This document shows positions 27,045 to 38,940 of a stretch of 64,000 bases of DNA, in pieces (position 1 is the stretch's first letter; every line of letters begins with the position of its first letter). Origin of the DNA: Octopus sinensis (lineage: Eukaryota); the NCBI RefSeq assembly GCF_006345805.1, contig NC_042997.1:9548001-9612000 (forward strand), given 5' to 3'. The notes under the pieces were generated by a model. The model was not told the origin of the DNA, searched no databases, and saw only the letters and a list, made by a program, of their open reading frames with translations. The translations under genes and the position numbers were made by a program.

Positions 27045-27599
27045 CTGAGTGAGAGAGTAATGCATGCCATCAAAGTGATACTGGGGTAAAAATATACAAA
27101 GCCCATTATATCCATTATGATTACCCATCTAATAAGGGTACACTAGGCACATGCATCACAACCATATGTGCGTGACATGGTGATCTCATATTAAGATAAA
27201 CAGCACATGACCTCGCAGGTGGGGCCCAGTTAGAATTTTCTTCTAGTCGAGTAACCCATCTCACTCAAAAGGTCCCTGAATAAGGGTTGTTTAAGGATGT
27301 TGAACGATACACCCATGTTTCCAGAGGTGAATTATTCAAACTAAAGAATTCCTCTCAACACATGGCTATGATGCTCCCCCACTATTTCTGCTCATGATCA
27401 GAGATGCACATATCGTCAGCCACTAAGGGACATGCTCAACTGGTTAAGGTCAAACAACTGACAAGCAAATCTGTAGTATTGAGCAGAATATTTGCTGCAG
27501 CCCATCTTTTATACCAAGACAAATCAATGCACATGATAACACTTCCAATCAGTAGAAAGCAAAAGCCATGTAGCCACTGTCTGGTACTGTATCAGGGCA
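27045..27599 (-). mobile_element. ~550-bp non-coding retroposed element in (TAA)n, copy 2
   Basis: Aligns with 1495-2022. Confidence 0.85.
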
Positions 27600-27869
27600 A
27601 GGTACTGCATCAATTATCATTATTATCATTATTATTATTATCGTCATCATCATTATTATTATTGTTGTCGTTATTGGTTTCTTAAGTAGTCATCACATAC
27701 TTTCGCTCTATAAGTTTTGTTGATTTTCACTTGTTTACATAATATTTCTTGTTAACATTTTTTATTACAAACTGTAAAGGGAACACCCTACATTACCCTG
27801 ACACCTTTTAATATTTGGGCCAAAGTCCCTGTTAGTACAAATTTTAAACACATTACAACCACAAAATTA

Positions 27870-28074
27870 CGGAGATGTACTCGCATAGCAAGTGATTTGA
27901 TCTGAGATCGTGTGCTGAAATGAAAACAATTGCAGCGTGGAAGGTGTTTGTAAGCCATTTAAGAAACACACAAAAGCCGTTCGATTCACTTCAACATTTA
28001 AGTTTAATTTGTCAAAATATTTTCGTCGCTAAAATCCACCACCTGTTCACTGACAAAAATCCGTGCTGCATCTC
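27870..28074 (-). mobile_element. ~205-bp Penelope-like non-autonomous element (monomer)
   Basis: 13-bp TSD aaccacaaaatta (27857-27869 / 28075-28087). Homologous to 2036-2223. Confidence 0.85.
28008..28057 (-). ncRNA. Hammerhead-like motif with GUGAACA core
   Basis: tttgtca-GTGAACA-g-gtggt[ggatttta]gcgac-GAA-aatatt-t-tgacaaa. Palindromic stem III aatatt. Confidence 0.6.
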
Positions 28075-28418
28075 AACCACAAAATTATAAAATAAAAAAA
28101 AGAAGTCATCATCCCCTTCCACACTTGCAAAATCTGCAAAGATATTTCACATGTGCAAACAATGATTCACAACAGCAGCAAAATGCTCAAAACACAACTC
28201 CAGCATCACTGGTAACACCACCACTACAAAAACAACCATCAACAATAGCAACAAAATCAACAACAGCAACAACAACTCTACACAGAAAAATTGACATAAA
28301 TTTCCTGCACCATCACAAGAACTTCAAAATATAATGAAAATAACATAACAAAATATGACAACACTACCATGAACATTGCCATCACCAACACCATCACTAC
28401 CACCACTGCAGCATATAA

Positions 28419-28661
28419 AAAAGTAAATGCGCCCTTTTAAAGCCTGGCCAGGCTCATGGGCCCGGTTTCCATGGCGTATGTGTTTCCCAGCTGGACGGGA
28501 CGCCAGTCCATTGCAGCGTTACTAATTTTTGCCAGCTGAGTGGACTGGAGCAACATGAAGTGTTTTGGTCAAGAACACAATGCGTTGCCCGGTCCAGGAA
28601 TCGAAACCACAATCTTACGATCATGGTGCTGACACCCTAACCACTAAGCCACATGCCTCCA
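28419..28661 (-). mobile_element. tRNA-derived SINE family C (V-domain-like)
   Basis: tggcttagtggttaggg head, gtttcgattcc B box and tgcaatggactggcgtcccgtccag. 15-bp TSD cactgcarcatataa. Confidence 0.88.
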
Positions 28662-28779
28662 CACTGCAACATATAACAGAAGCAAAAAAAAACAACAATA
28701 ACAGATAACAACACAAATAACAATGCCAACATTAATAATAATAACTACAAGAAACCAATGCCAAAGGAACAAAACTTTT

Positions 28780-29460
28780 AACATGAACATTTTGGAAAAA
28801 AGAAACATATTTGTCCCAAATGGCCGAATTGATCAAACTAGAAGAATCATGGGCTAACATAGCCCATGGTGTTGGGAGAAACATACTCAAAAACTGTAAG
28901 TAATAAATACATGTATGCAGGTAAGAATGGGCAGAATCAGGTAATCAGTAGAGCACTGGAAAAATAATGCTCAAGATACAGGGGTGGAGTCACATGTTAT
29001 AGATGAGGGGGAAAAGGCTTTGTGGCCATCTGTGTGGGGAAACTGGCCACTTGATTGTTTTCTGCCTTCAACAGAAGGCAAACCATAAGGTCCTCTTACT
29101 GTCAATACCAGGACCCCAAAAGTGACAACAACAACAACAACAACAGCAGCACTAGCCCTGGTAACAGCAGCAACATCAACAACAGGAACAGCAAAACCAG
29201 CAACTGCAGGAGCAACACTGACACCTGCAACAGCACCTACAACACCACCAACACCAGTAGCAGGGGTAAAAGACATCAGAAACCCCCAGATTTCCCAAAA
29301 GAGTTCACCTTCTCCCTTTCTTTAATTCCTCTAAACACAAACACACACATAGACACTCACGCAAAAATAAACACAATCCCACCCATACCTGAGACAGATT
29401 CCACAGACAATGGTATCACCACATCTCAAAGTGAGGAAGAGGGAGAACTTCAAAACCAAA
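28780..29460 (+). mobile_element. Probable L1/Tx1-like ORF1 remnant with CCHC knuckle and T/A/P-rich tail
   Basis: EGEKAL(C, frameshift)HLCGETGHLIVFC at about 29004-29068, followed by low-complexity sequence. Confidence 0.55.
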
Positions 29461-29741
29461 AAATTCTTCTCTGGAAAAATGACAGTAAAGCAGTGTTTTA
29501 CAACCGAATGCCCTTCTTGTCACCAACTCTTTTAGTTACCCTCAACAATATGCAGGGATGCAGTCTATTCATTCTAAAATTGGGGATGTATATGGTGGAG
29601 AGAACAAAGAGATATGTTTTGTAATATTTTATCTCACTTTTTCTTTGAGTTTTTTCTACATTTAATTCATACTGTATTGTCTTTCACAATACCCTGCCTG
29701 CAGCCCCTAAAATCTAGTGTGTCAGTAATGGAAATCTACCC

Positions 29742-29920
29742 AAGGCAGTGAGGTGACAAACTTATTAGCACACTGGAGTTCAAATTCTGCTGAGGTTGAC
29801 TTTACCTTTCATCTTTCCAGGGTCGATAAAATAAGTGCCAGTTGATCACTAGGATCAATATAATCAACTTAACTTATTCCCAAAATTGCTGGTCTGTGCT
29901 AAAATTTGAAACCAGTATTA
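29742..29920 (+). mobile_element. SINE family E, diverged
   Basis: gagttcaaattctgctgaggttgactttacctttcatc. Confidence 0.75.
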
Positions 29921-30537
29921 CACATTTACCATAATGTAATGTAGTGTTTATGCCATAGACATAGTGTGTTACTTCCACTGTTGATGTCGCTGTTGTTGTT
30001 GTTGTTACTGCTGCTGTTGTAAACAATGATGGTGATGGTGGTGTGATGAGGTAGGTGGGGGGGGGGGATCTCCTGTCATTTCGGAAAGAAAAGTATATAA
30101 TCTAAAAGTATCTAGGTGAATGCTTGGTAATGGAGCAGCAAAATCAGTAACACTGGAATCTGTGGAATGTTATTGCTTGGTTATCACTGCTTCTATTCCC
30201 ATGACATTTACTTTTTGTTTATTGCTATGAAACAACATAAATCTAAAGAAATAGCATTCTAGTGCATTGGTAATCATATTTCCTGAGATACAAGTTATTA
30301 ATAACGGTACTGTTATTGTTGTTGTTGTTGTTGTTGTCATTCTTGATGTTGTTGTGAAGTAGACCAATGATAAAAGGCCATCCAGCTGTCATCATTCTGC
30401 TCTTTTAGAGGTTTGTACATCTATATTATTGAAAGTTGTTATTTTGAAATAGCACGCTGCAATTCATTGGTGTGCAGTATTACACTGGTATACTGCATAG
30501 AGTATTTGGGTGTACCATGTATTTTTTTTTATTGGTA

Positions 30538-30679
30538 CTCACGGAGTGGTTGGCATTAGGAAGGGCATCCAGCTGTAGAAACACTGGCAGATCAGACTGG
30601 AGCCTGGTGCAGCCTCCTGGCTTCCCACACCCTGGTCGAACCGTCCAACCCATGCTAGCATGGAAAACGGACGTTAAAC

Positions 30680-30714
<35 letters not shown>
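30538..30714 (+). mobile_element. RTE LINE 3' tail
   Basis: ggagtggttggcattaggaagggcatccagc...cggacgttaaacgatgatg. Confidence 0.9.
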
Positions 30715-30820
30715 CTTTTAGGCTTTTGGAAACCTATGTTAATGCTTGAGCAACTTGAAATATATATGTTGCTGATAATTTTGTGTACACAGGTGTGATT
30801 AATAAAACAACACAAACAAT

Positions 30821-30991
30821 AGGCGCAGGAGTGGCTGTGGGGTAAGTAGCTTGCTAACCAACCACATGGTTCCGGGTTCGGTCCCACTGCGTGGCATCTT
30901 GGGCAAGTGTCTTCTGCTATAGCCCCGGGCCGACCAATGCCTTGTGAGTGGATTTGGTAGACGGAAACTGAAAGAAGCCTGTTGTATATAT

Positions 30992-31027
<36 letters not shown>

Positions 31028-31233
31028 ATGTGTTTGTGTGTCTGTGTTTGTCTCCCTAGCATTGCTTGACAACCGATGCTGGTATGTTTATGTCCCTGTC
31101 ACTTAGCAGTTCGGCAAAAGAGACCGATAGAATAAGTACTGGGCTTACAAAGAATAAGTCCCGGGGTCGATTTACTCGACTAAAGGTGGTGCTCCAGCAT
31201 GGCCGCAGTCAAAAGAGTAAAAGAGTAAAGAGT
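30821..31233 (+). mobile_element. SINE family A, full length
   Basis: Matches the consensus head, internal microsatellite and tail. Confidence 0.92.
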
Positions 31234-31501
31234 AATAGTTTTCTTTATTTTATTTTCCTGTATATTTAGCTTTCCATGGCTTCTCATAATTTCAAGACTC
31301 ATTTCAAATGCAAGTAGCTAAGACTAGAACAAGAAAACTCATTAAGAAATGTCTATAGTTAAAGTACGAGAGTTCATAACAATTTTCAAAATTTAAATAT
31401 CACACCCTTTAGATGGCTAAGATGATAGTGGTGGTGGTGGTGGTGTGGTGGTGGTGGTGGTGGTGGTGGTGGTGGTGGTGGTGGCGGTGGCAGCAGCAGT
31501 A

Positions 31502-31709
31502 GCCATTCAAGAATTTGGACCTGGAGATCTCCATTTCCAGCGAATTCGAGGGCCACCTCCCAATGGTTCGGGCGTCAACGAAGAGCCCTCGACTACAACA
31601 AGACAACCAAAGTTTTTTTTTCCAAGGTCTGCGGTCTCCCACTTCTAAGCCCTAGACCATCACTTAATCACCCTTACCCATCTTGTTGCTTAACAACAAC
31701 AACAACAAC
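31502..31709 (+). mobile_element. ~200-bp structured retroposed element, copy 3
   Basis: Homologous to 24102-24304. Follows a (GGT)n/(CAG)n run. Confidence 0.85.
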
Positions 31710-31799
31710 AGTGGTAGTAGTGAAGGAGACGATGGTGACAGCAGCAAAACATACCCAGGTTTTCCCATTTGTAGCTGTCATGGAAACCACATATCTCCA

Positions 31800-32006
31800 T
31801 ACGCAGTGAGGTCTAAATTTGTGCAGGTTTTTTTGGCAAGTAAAACCCAAAGGAAATTACCAGTTGGGGTTAGATCCAGTGATGATGACAGTCAACGGGT
31901 ATTGCTGAATCAGGAAATGAGATGTCCAAGGAACTGTTGTGAAAGGGTTGTCTTTGATAATCATGTCATATGCCAAGTGACACCATCTTATTGCATCCAC
32001 ATTTGT
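31800..32006 (-). mobile_element. Tc1/mariner-superfamily transposase relic
   Basis: MWMQ*DGVTWH..QQFLGHLIS*FS..SLDLTPTGNFLW resembles WFQQDGA..FPGRLISR..SPDLTP.DFFLW. Confidence 0.65.
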
Positions 32007-32010
32007 TTAA

Positions 32011-32231
32011 CCCTTTCGTTACCAACCCGGCTGAAACCGGCTCTGGCTCTGTAGTACAAATGTCTTGTTTTCATAAACTTTGAATCAAAATCTTCTACCA
32101 AACCTTAGTCACAATTTATGTTCCTAACATTAGCTTAATGATAACGAAGTTATTTTACTAAATTCTTTGTTACATCTAAAATAATTGAAAGAAACACAGA
32201 GCATCTCAAAATAAATACGGTAACGAAAGGG
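32011..32231. mobile_element. piggyBac-type MITE
   Basis: TTAA followed by perfect 13-bp TIRs ccctttcgttacc / ggtaacgaaaggg. Confidence 0.85.
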
Positions 32232-32558
32232 GCCTAAGTCATTGCATGTATTTCATTGTCATGAAACACTTTGTAAAACAGACTTTTAAAAAAACATTTT
32301 CATGCTGTGTATGCCATTTTTTTTATGACTAGCATGTCACAAAATTATGTTCATATTTAAATCAAAATCTCCTACCATAAATTTATGTAAGTACATCTTT
32401 GCTATGTTCCAATCATCAGCTTACACCAGTTATCATGTATGGCAATATTTTCCCATGACCATACATGTTTTTGCAGAAGTACATCTTTGCTATGTTCCAA
32501 TCATCAGCTTTAAAAATGGCTATATTTGTTGTTTTACAAAATTACTTCGAGTTTTTCA

Positions 32559-32951
32559 TTACTCTTTTACATGTTTCAGTCATTTGACTGGGGCCATGCT
32601 GGAGCACCGCCTTTAGTCGAGCAAATTGACCCCCATGACTTATTCTTTGTAAGCCTAGTACTTATTCTATCAGTCTCTTTTGCCGAACCACTAAGTTGCG
32701 GGGACGTAAACACACCAGCATCAGCTGTCAAGTGATGTTGGGGGGACAAACACAGACACATATATAGAGATATATATACATATATACGATGGGCTTCTTT
32801 CAGTTTCTGTCTACCAAATCCACTCACAAGGCTGTGGTCGGACTGAGGCTATAGTTGAAGATACTTGCCCAAGGTGCCATGCAGTGAGACTAAACTCGAA
32901 ACCATGTGGTTGGTAAGCAAGCTACTTACCACACAGCCACTCCTATGCCTA
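32559..32951 (-). mobile_element. SINE family A, full length
   Basis: Reverse complement of the consensus. Confidence 0.92.
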
Positions 32952-33396
32952 GTGGTACTTTTTTAAAAAGTATCTCTATTATAGTAGAAATATGGTCACA
33001 ATACTGCTAAGACTATATACTATGATAAAAGGTAAATTTGGCTATTACTTCTAGAAGATCAAGTAACCATGCAAAGCTCCTCATTGATTTATTGTTGCTG
33101 ATGCTGTTATTGTTATGTGTATGAATGTCACTGAGTTGCACAGTCCTCTTTTTAAGCCGACTTATATCAAGGAGGTAGTAAATTTTTTATGTTTATGACT
33201 ACACTTTATATTTCTATGGTTGAGCAGTCAGTTCCAAATAATGGCAACTGTCTTCAAACAAAAGAAAAGTGCTTTTAACTTCTTTGTCTATGACTACTGA
33301 TGGTTGAGAGTGCTTTCACTTACTACAAGAGATGTAATGAAGAACTCTTGACATATCTCCAACGCATGCACATTTTGTACCAGCGTAAAAAATAAA

Positions 33397-33728
33397 GGTA
33401 TGACTGTGTGGTTAAGAACTTTGATTCACAACCATGAGGTTTTGGGTTCAGTTCCACACTGAGGCACCATGCGTTAGTGTCTTCTACTGTAACCGTAAAC
33501 TGACCAATGCTTTATGAATGAATTTGATAGACTGAAACTGTAATAAAGCCCTTCGTATATAGGCACAGGAATGGCTGCATGGTAAGAAGATTTCTTCTCA
33601 GCCACATGGCTCCAGGTTCAATCCCACTATGTGGTACATCGAGAAAGTGTTTTTTTCTACTACAGCCTTGATTTGACCGAAGCCTTGTGAGTGGACTTGG
33701 TAGACAGAAATTGAGAGAAATTTGTCAC
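33397..33728 (+). mobile_element. Two tandem diverged SINE family A 5' halves
   Basis: The head motif repeats at about 33397 and 33562. Confidence 0.75.
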
Positions 33729-34919
33729 ATTTATATATGTGTATTATATATGTTACTCTTTTCATGTATTGACATCATGGAATAATTGTAAACAGGTATC
33801 ACCATTGTGCAAGCAGTGTCCTTTGTTTCCAATGTGCTGTAAAACCATGTATGGTCATGGGGGAATATTACCATACTTGAAAACTGGTGCAAGTTGGCAA
33901 GAGGAATGATGCCCAACCATAGAAAATCCACTGATCAAATTTGTTTGACCCATGCAAACATAGAAAAATGAACGTTAAAATGATGATGATAATGATGATG
34001 ACGATGGTATATTAAAGTTTGTCATTATGTGACGTTATATATAAAAACAATTTACTATAAAACTAAAGGATTGATTGCTCAGTATCTTAAATAATGTGCA
34101 TAATTATTAATTTTGATGAAGAAAAGTTTGAAAACAACTCTGAAATTTCAGCTTATTTGCTGTCATGTGAGAGTCTGAAAAGGGCAATGGATCTGAAATT
34201 TTGAAGTCATTGTCAAACTTTGCCATGTAAATATTAAGGTCTGTCCAGAGTTACCTCTCTTAAGTATTTCCCATTGATAACGACTAAAAATTTAGAAACA
34301 TTGATATCTGGGAATCCAGTAGATGGCGACTGTGGGTAAATATTGTGATTTTACACCTTTTTACCATAAGAGAGAATTTTTTCTTCATGGTAACCACAGT
34401 GAGTTTGCATTTTAGCAGTTGAATTACATCACAAACATATTTTAACCAACCTAAAATTTGCTTATGCTTAAACATTGCTTAGTATTGATATTACAATGAT
34501 GATGATGATGTGGATGATGATGATGATGATGAGGAAGAGGATGAGGATAATGATGATGATGATATATGTGTGTGTGAGTATGTGTGTATGTATACATATA
34601 TGTGCATGCGTATATATGATATGGGTGTGTGTGTGTAGTATTCTTCAATACATTACAACTGAAAAGCAACAATTTCTAGTATTCAGAGTTGCCTGTTTCT
34701 TTCTTCTATTTGAAAAGGGCAATTGTTCCCGAAATATTATAGGAGTGTTCAATAACCTAGGCAAAGAAATACAATATTTTGCCTCATTGTCTACATTCAT
34801 TAATGTCACTTTACCTATTTTATAGCTCCTCAGTTTCATTGATCAAATAAATATTTTTCCAAACATGTATCTCATATATACATGCATAAATGCATACACA
34901 CTCAAACAGACACATACAC

Positions 34920-35030
<111 letters not shown>

Positions 35031-35063
35031 CACATGTATTAATATATATGTGTGTGTGTGTGT

Positions 35064-35760
35064 AGCAGTAGAGGGAACCTGTAGAAAAAGTAAACCCAGG
35101 AAGAAGTGGGATGAGGTGATGAAGCACAACCTTCAAACATTGGGCCTCACCAAGGCAATGACAAGTGACCGAGACCTTTGGAGATATGCAGTGGTTGAGA
35201 AAACCCAGCAAGCCAAATGAGACCATATCTGTGGCCTATGCCAGTGTAGCATAGCCAGCCCATTTAAGAGTACCCCTCAATCATTGGGCATTAAACTGTA
35301 CATGCAAAGTCCTGCTGAGGCAAGTGAAATCATTGTGGTGACTGATGACAGTACTGCTTGATTGGCTCCCATGCCAGTGACATGTTAAAAGCACCATTCG
35401 AGTGTGATTGTTGCAAATTCCACCTGACTGGCTCCCAAGCCGGTGGCATGTAAAAAGCATTATTCATGTGTGATCGTTGCCAATGTTGCCTGACTGGCTC
35501 CTGTGCTGGTGGCATGTAAAACGCACCATTTGAGTGTGACTGTTGCTAGTACAGCCTGACTGGCCCTCATGCCAGTGGCACATAAAAGCACCCACTACAC
35601 TCTCGGAGTGGTTAGCATTTGGAAGGACATCCAGCTGTAGAAACTCTGCCAGATCCGATTGGAGCCTGATGAAACCTTCTGGCTCGCCAGCCCTCAGTCA
35701 AACTGTCCAACCCATGCCAGCATGGAAAGCAGATTTTAAACGACAATGATGATGATGATA
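35064..35760 (+). mobile_element. RTE LINE 3' fragment with tandemly repeated UTR units
   Basis: VEGTCRKSKPRKKWDEVMKHNLQTLGLTKAMTSDRDLWRYAVVEK, then four gtggcatgtaaaagcacc-type units and (GAT)n. Confidence 0.9.
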
Positions 35761-35761
35761 T

Positions 35762-35793
<32 letters not shown>

Positions 35794-37394
35794 CACTATC
35801 CATTTTGTTCTAAAGCTCTTCCACCCAGTGTACTCAAAATATATCTTTTGTAATTTAAATTCAGTGTGAAGTGAAACAATTGTAAGCTATGTTAATTAAT
35901 TAATAATCTAATTTTTATCCATTGAATCTCTCCATTTTCAAATTTATTAATTATATATAAATATATCAATACATACATACTTGTGTATATGTTTGTGTGT
36001 GAATGTTAACATTCAATGCTTAGTTAGGCTTTGAGGAGTGTTATATGTTGGCTCTCATTTCTCTGTCAATAAATAATTTGGTGGCTCTTAACTTCCAATG
36101 ATGAGTGAAAAAAAATCCTTCGCTTAAAAAACAGGTATGGGTTATTAACAGGAGAGCTAACAATATCTATAAATCTGAAATGCGAAAAGTTTGTTTGTCT
36201 GGTTTTGGCATTGGAACGGGTTAAAGGGCACTAGATCCCGTCGGATTGACACCAAAATTTACAGGGACATGTAAAATGAGGTGAGGATATGAGTGGGCTA
36301 GGTTAGAAATCCCTATCTTAAAAGTATGTAAAACAATGCCTTGATAATATGTATTCATCCAACCCATGCTAGTATGGAGAAATGAACATAAAATGGCATA
36401 AAACAGATATAAATGATTGAACATGCATCATGAAAACCATATCTACAGACAAACAACATTGAGAAACTCATTGTATACTAGCAAGTAAAGTACTTGATTT
36501 TGAGAGTACAAGATATGGTGAGTGGGAAGACAATTGAGTCTCTTAATACATTTGGTGTAGCTGGTAGAGAGATGGGGATAGATGAACAGGATGTGCATGT
36601 TGGCAAATATAACAACAATAAAAAGAAGGCAAACCATAATAAGTCTTCAATGCAATGATCTTGAGAAACAGATGGGAGTCATTGAGTCATTATGTAACCA
36701 CTTGACCTGTCATAAATTACAGTTGAATCTCCATCAAACTGCAGTCTACCATTTGAGGAAAGAAACACCACATTGCATAATACAGCTATATATTGCAATA
36801 CCTGAAAATATAATAGCACAGTCAGCCTTGGAATGCTATTGATCATAGATCTGTTTGATTAAGATTCACCTGTTTATAAGCAGCAATAAGCAACAAGTGA
36901 TCATTACAGTAATATTACACAAAGGGAAACATGAAAATAAAATTTTCTACTTTACAGTGAAACAATTACTTATAAAATTATTTCATTCTGTGCAGCAATA
37001 AATGTGTTTATCAGAAAGCCTGAATGACAAAATTATTCTCTGTATGAATTTATTCCTGTTCTAACTCTTGGTTTTATGCCATGCTACATGAATTAACTCA
37101 TATTATCATTGCAGACCACTTCACCATTAGATGATTTACTTTTGATAATGACTTACTCGCACGCACACACGCACACACACACACACACATACATGTATAT
37201 ATTTAAGTAGAATCACAAGAGAGTGGTAGGAGCTACATATATTATTTATTTAATAACAGTCTGGTGCATGTTCCATGAGTTTTTCAAACAAACCTAGCTT
37301 GTTCTACTATCTAAGGCTGATGTGCTAGGCTCATTTGACAAGTCAACAAGACTTTAAGTTCCTTGGAGCTGAAACAAACTGTTATCAGATAAAT

Positions 37395-37434
<40 letters not shown>

Positions 37435-37439
<5 letters not shown>

Positions 37440-37827
37440 AAAGGGCTTAGTAAAATAAATTACTTTGCCGCATACTGAACTCATTAGAAATAGCAGCTAA
37501 AAAAACTTTTTTAAAACTATTTCTAATACTTAAAGAAAACCTCTCTCATATAGTGTTTGCTCAATTCAACTCACGAAAGTATGGGGGTAAAGACATTAAA
37601 AAATCAAATGCAAAGGTTATTTGAGAACGTACGTTTCAAGATTAGTCAACACGACACTTCTATCATCAGCTCAGAACTCCTTGGTTTGGATTTGAAAACA
37701 CTGAAAGTGGGAGCATACCCTTTCGGCTTCTTATCGCTTCTGAAGATCTGCTCGAAACTAACAGTGCCAGCAAACTCAAATATGCAAGCGAAGAATTTCT
37801 GCTCTCCCCTTCCCACCAGCGTGGGTT

Positions 37828-37829
<2 letters not shown>
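37435..37829 (-). mobile_element. ~395-bp insert between (TA)n runs carrying a hammerhead; probable Penelope-derived element
   Basis: CpG-containing segment bounded by (TA)n on both sides. Confidence 0.6.
37622..37673 (-). ncRNA. Type I minimal hammerhead ribozyme with intact core
   Basis: tgag-CTGATGA-tagaagtgtcgtgttgactaatctt-GAAAC-gtac-GTT-ctca. Palindromic stem III acgtacgt. Confidence 0.8.
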
Positions 37830-37863
<34 letters not shown>

Positions 37864-38263
37864 ATTAATATTTAGCAGAAGCAACAGAGTGACTCAAGGT
37901 CCAAGAGTTTTATCCATTAGCACTTATCTCTATCTCTCAGTTTGATAAATACTAGTGCACAAAATTCTAGGTCCTTGGGTCACTCTATTCCTTTAGCTTA
38001 ACATTAATAAAAAATATATACACTCATGTTTTGAGTTCTATTTTACCTGTTTGCATCACCAAACCTTTATGTATATATAGATCATGTAGATATAGCTGTG
38101 TGGCTAAGAAGTTTCCTTTGCAGCCACAAGAATTTGGGTTCATTCCCATTGCATAGCAACTTGAGCAATTGTCTTCAATTACACAATGTAACACGATTTT
38201 TGTCCTTGAGTAGCAACTGTTATTTCTTATTTGTTTAGCCCTAGAAAGTATGAAAAAATTCAT

Positions 38264-38370
38264 AATCAGAGATGCACATAATGCCAGCCTCTAAGGGATA
38301 TACTCAAGTGGCTAAAGTCAAGCGTCTGACAAGCAAATCTGTAGTATTGAGTACAATATCTGTTGTTATG
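38264..38370 (-). mobile_element. Internal fragment of the ~550-bp element
   Basis: atcagagatgcacat...ctgacaagcaaatctgtagtattgag. Confidence 0.7.
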
Positions 38371-38448
38371 ATATTTCTGCTTCAGCAACTCAGCGAGTGG
38401 ATTTGTAAATGGAAACTGAAAGAAGTGCATTGTGTGTGTGTATATATA

Positions 38449-38490
<42 letters not shown>

Positions 38491-38905
38491 TCATCATCAT
38501 CATCATCATTATTTAATGCCTGCTTTTCATGCTGGCATAGGTTGGATGGTTTAATTGAAAACTGGTAAACCAGCAGGGTTGCATCAGGTTCCGATATGAT
38601 TTAGCAGTGATATGATTTTGAGTACCCTGGGTGTCAGATTTTCAGGGCAAAATGGACAGTATATATATATCATATGAGATCAGGGTTGATAAAATTAAGT
38701 ACAAGTTGCATGCTGGGGTCAATCTAATCGACTGGCCCCCTCCCCAGAAATTTCCAGCCTTTTGCCTAAAGTAGAAAAGAATATCCTGGTCCTTTGTCAT
38801 CTCACCCATCAGGTTTAGGATACTAAGGTCAGCTTTCACCACACACACACACACATGCATGTATATATATTTATGTATGTATATATATATATATATATAT
38901 ACACG

Positions 38906-38940
<35 letters not shown>

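Noticed and set aside
29055-29624. 189-aa ORF and overlapping mucin-like T/A/P ORF
   Set aside because: Low-complexity CAA/CAG-rich sequence behind a frameshifted CCHC knuckle, better explained as a LINE ORF1 relic.
35340-35600. CRISPR-like repeat-spacer appearance
   Set aside because: The spacers are homologous to each other, the array lies in an RTE 3' UTR, the context is eukaryotic and there are no cas genes.
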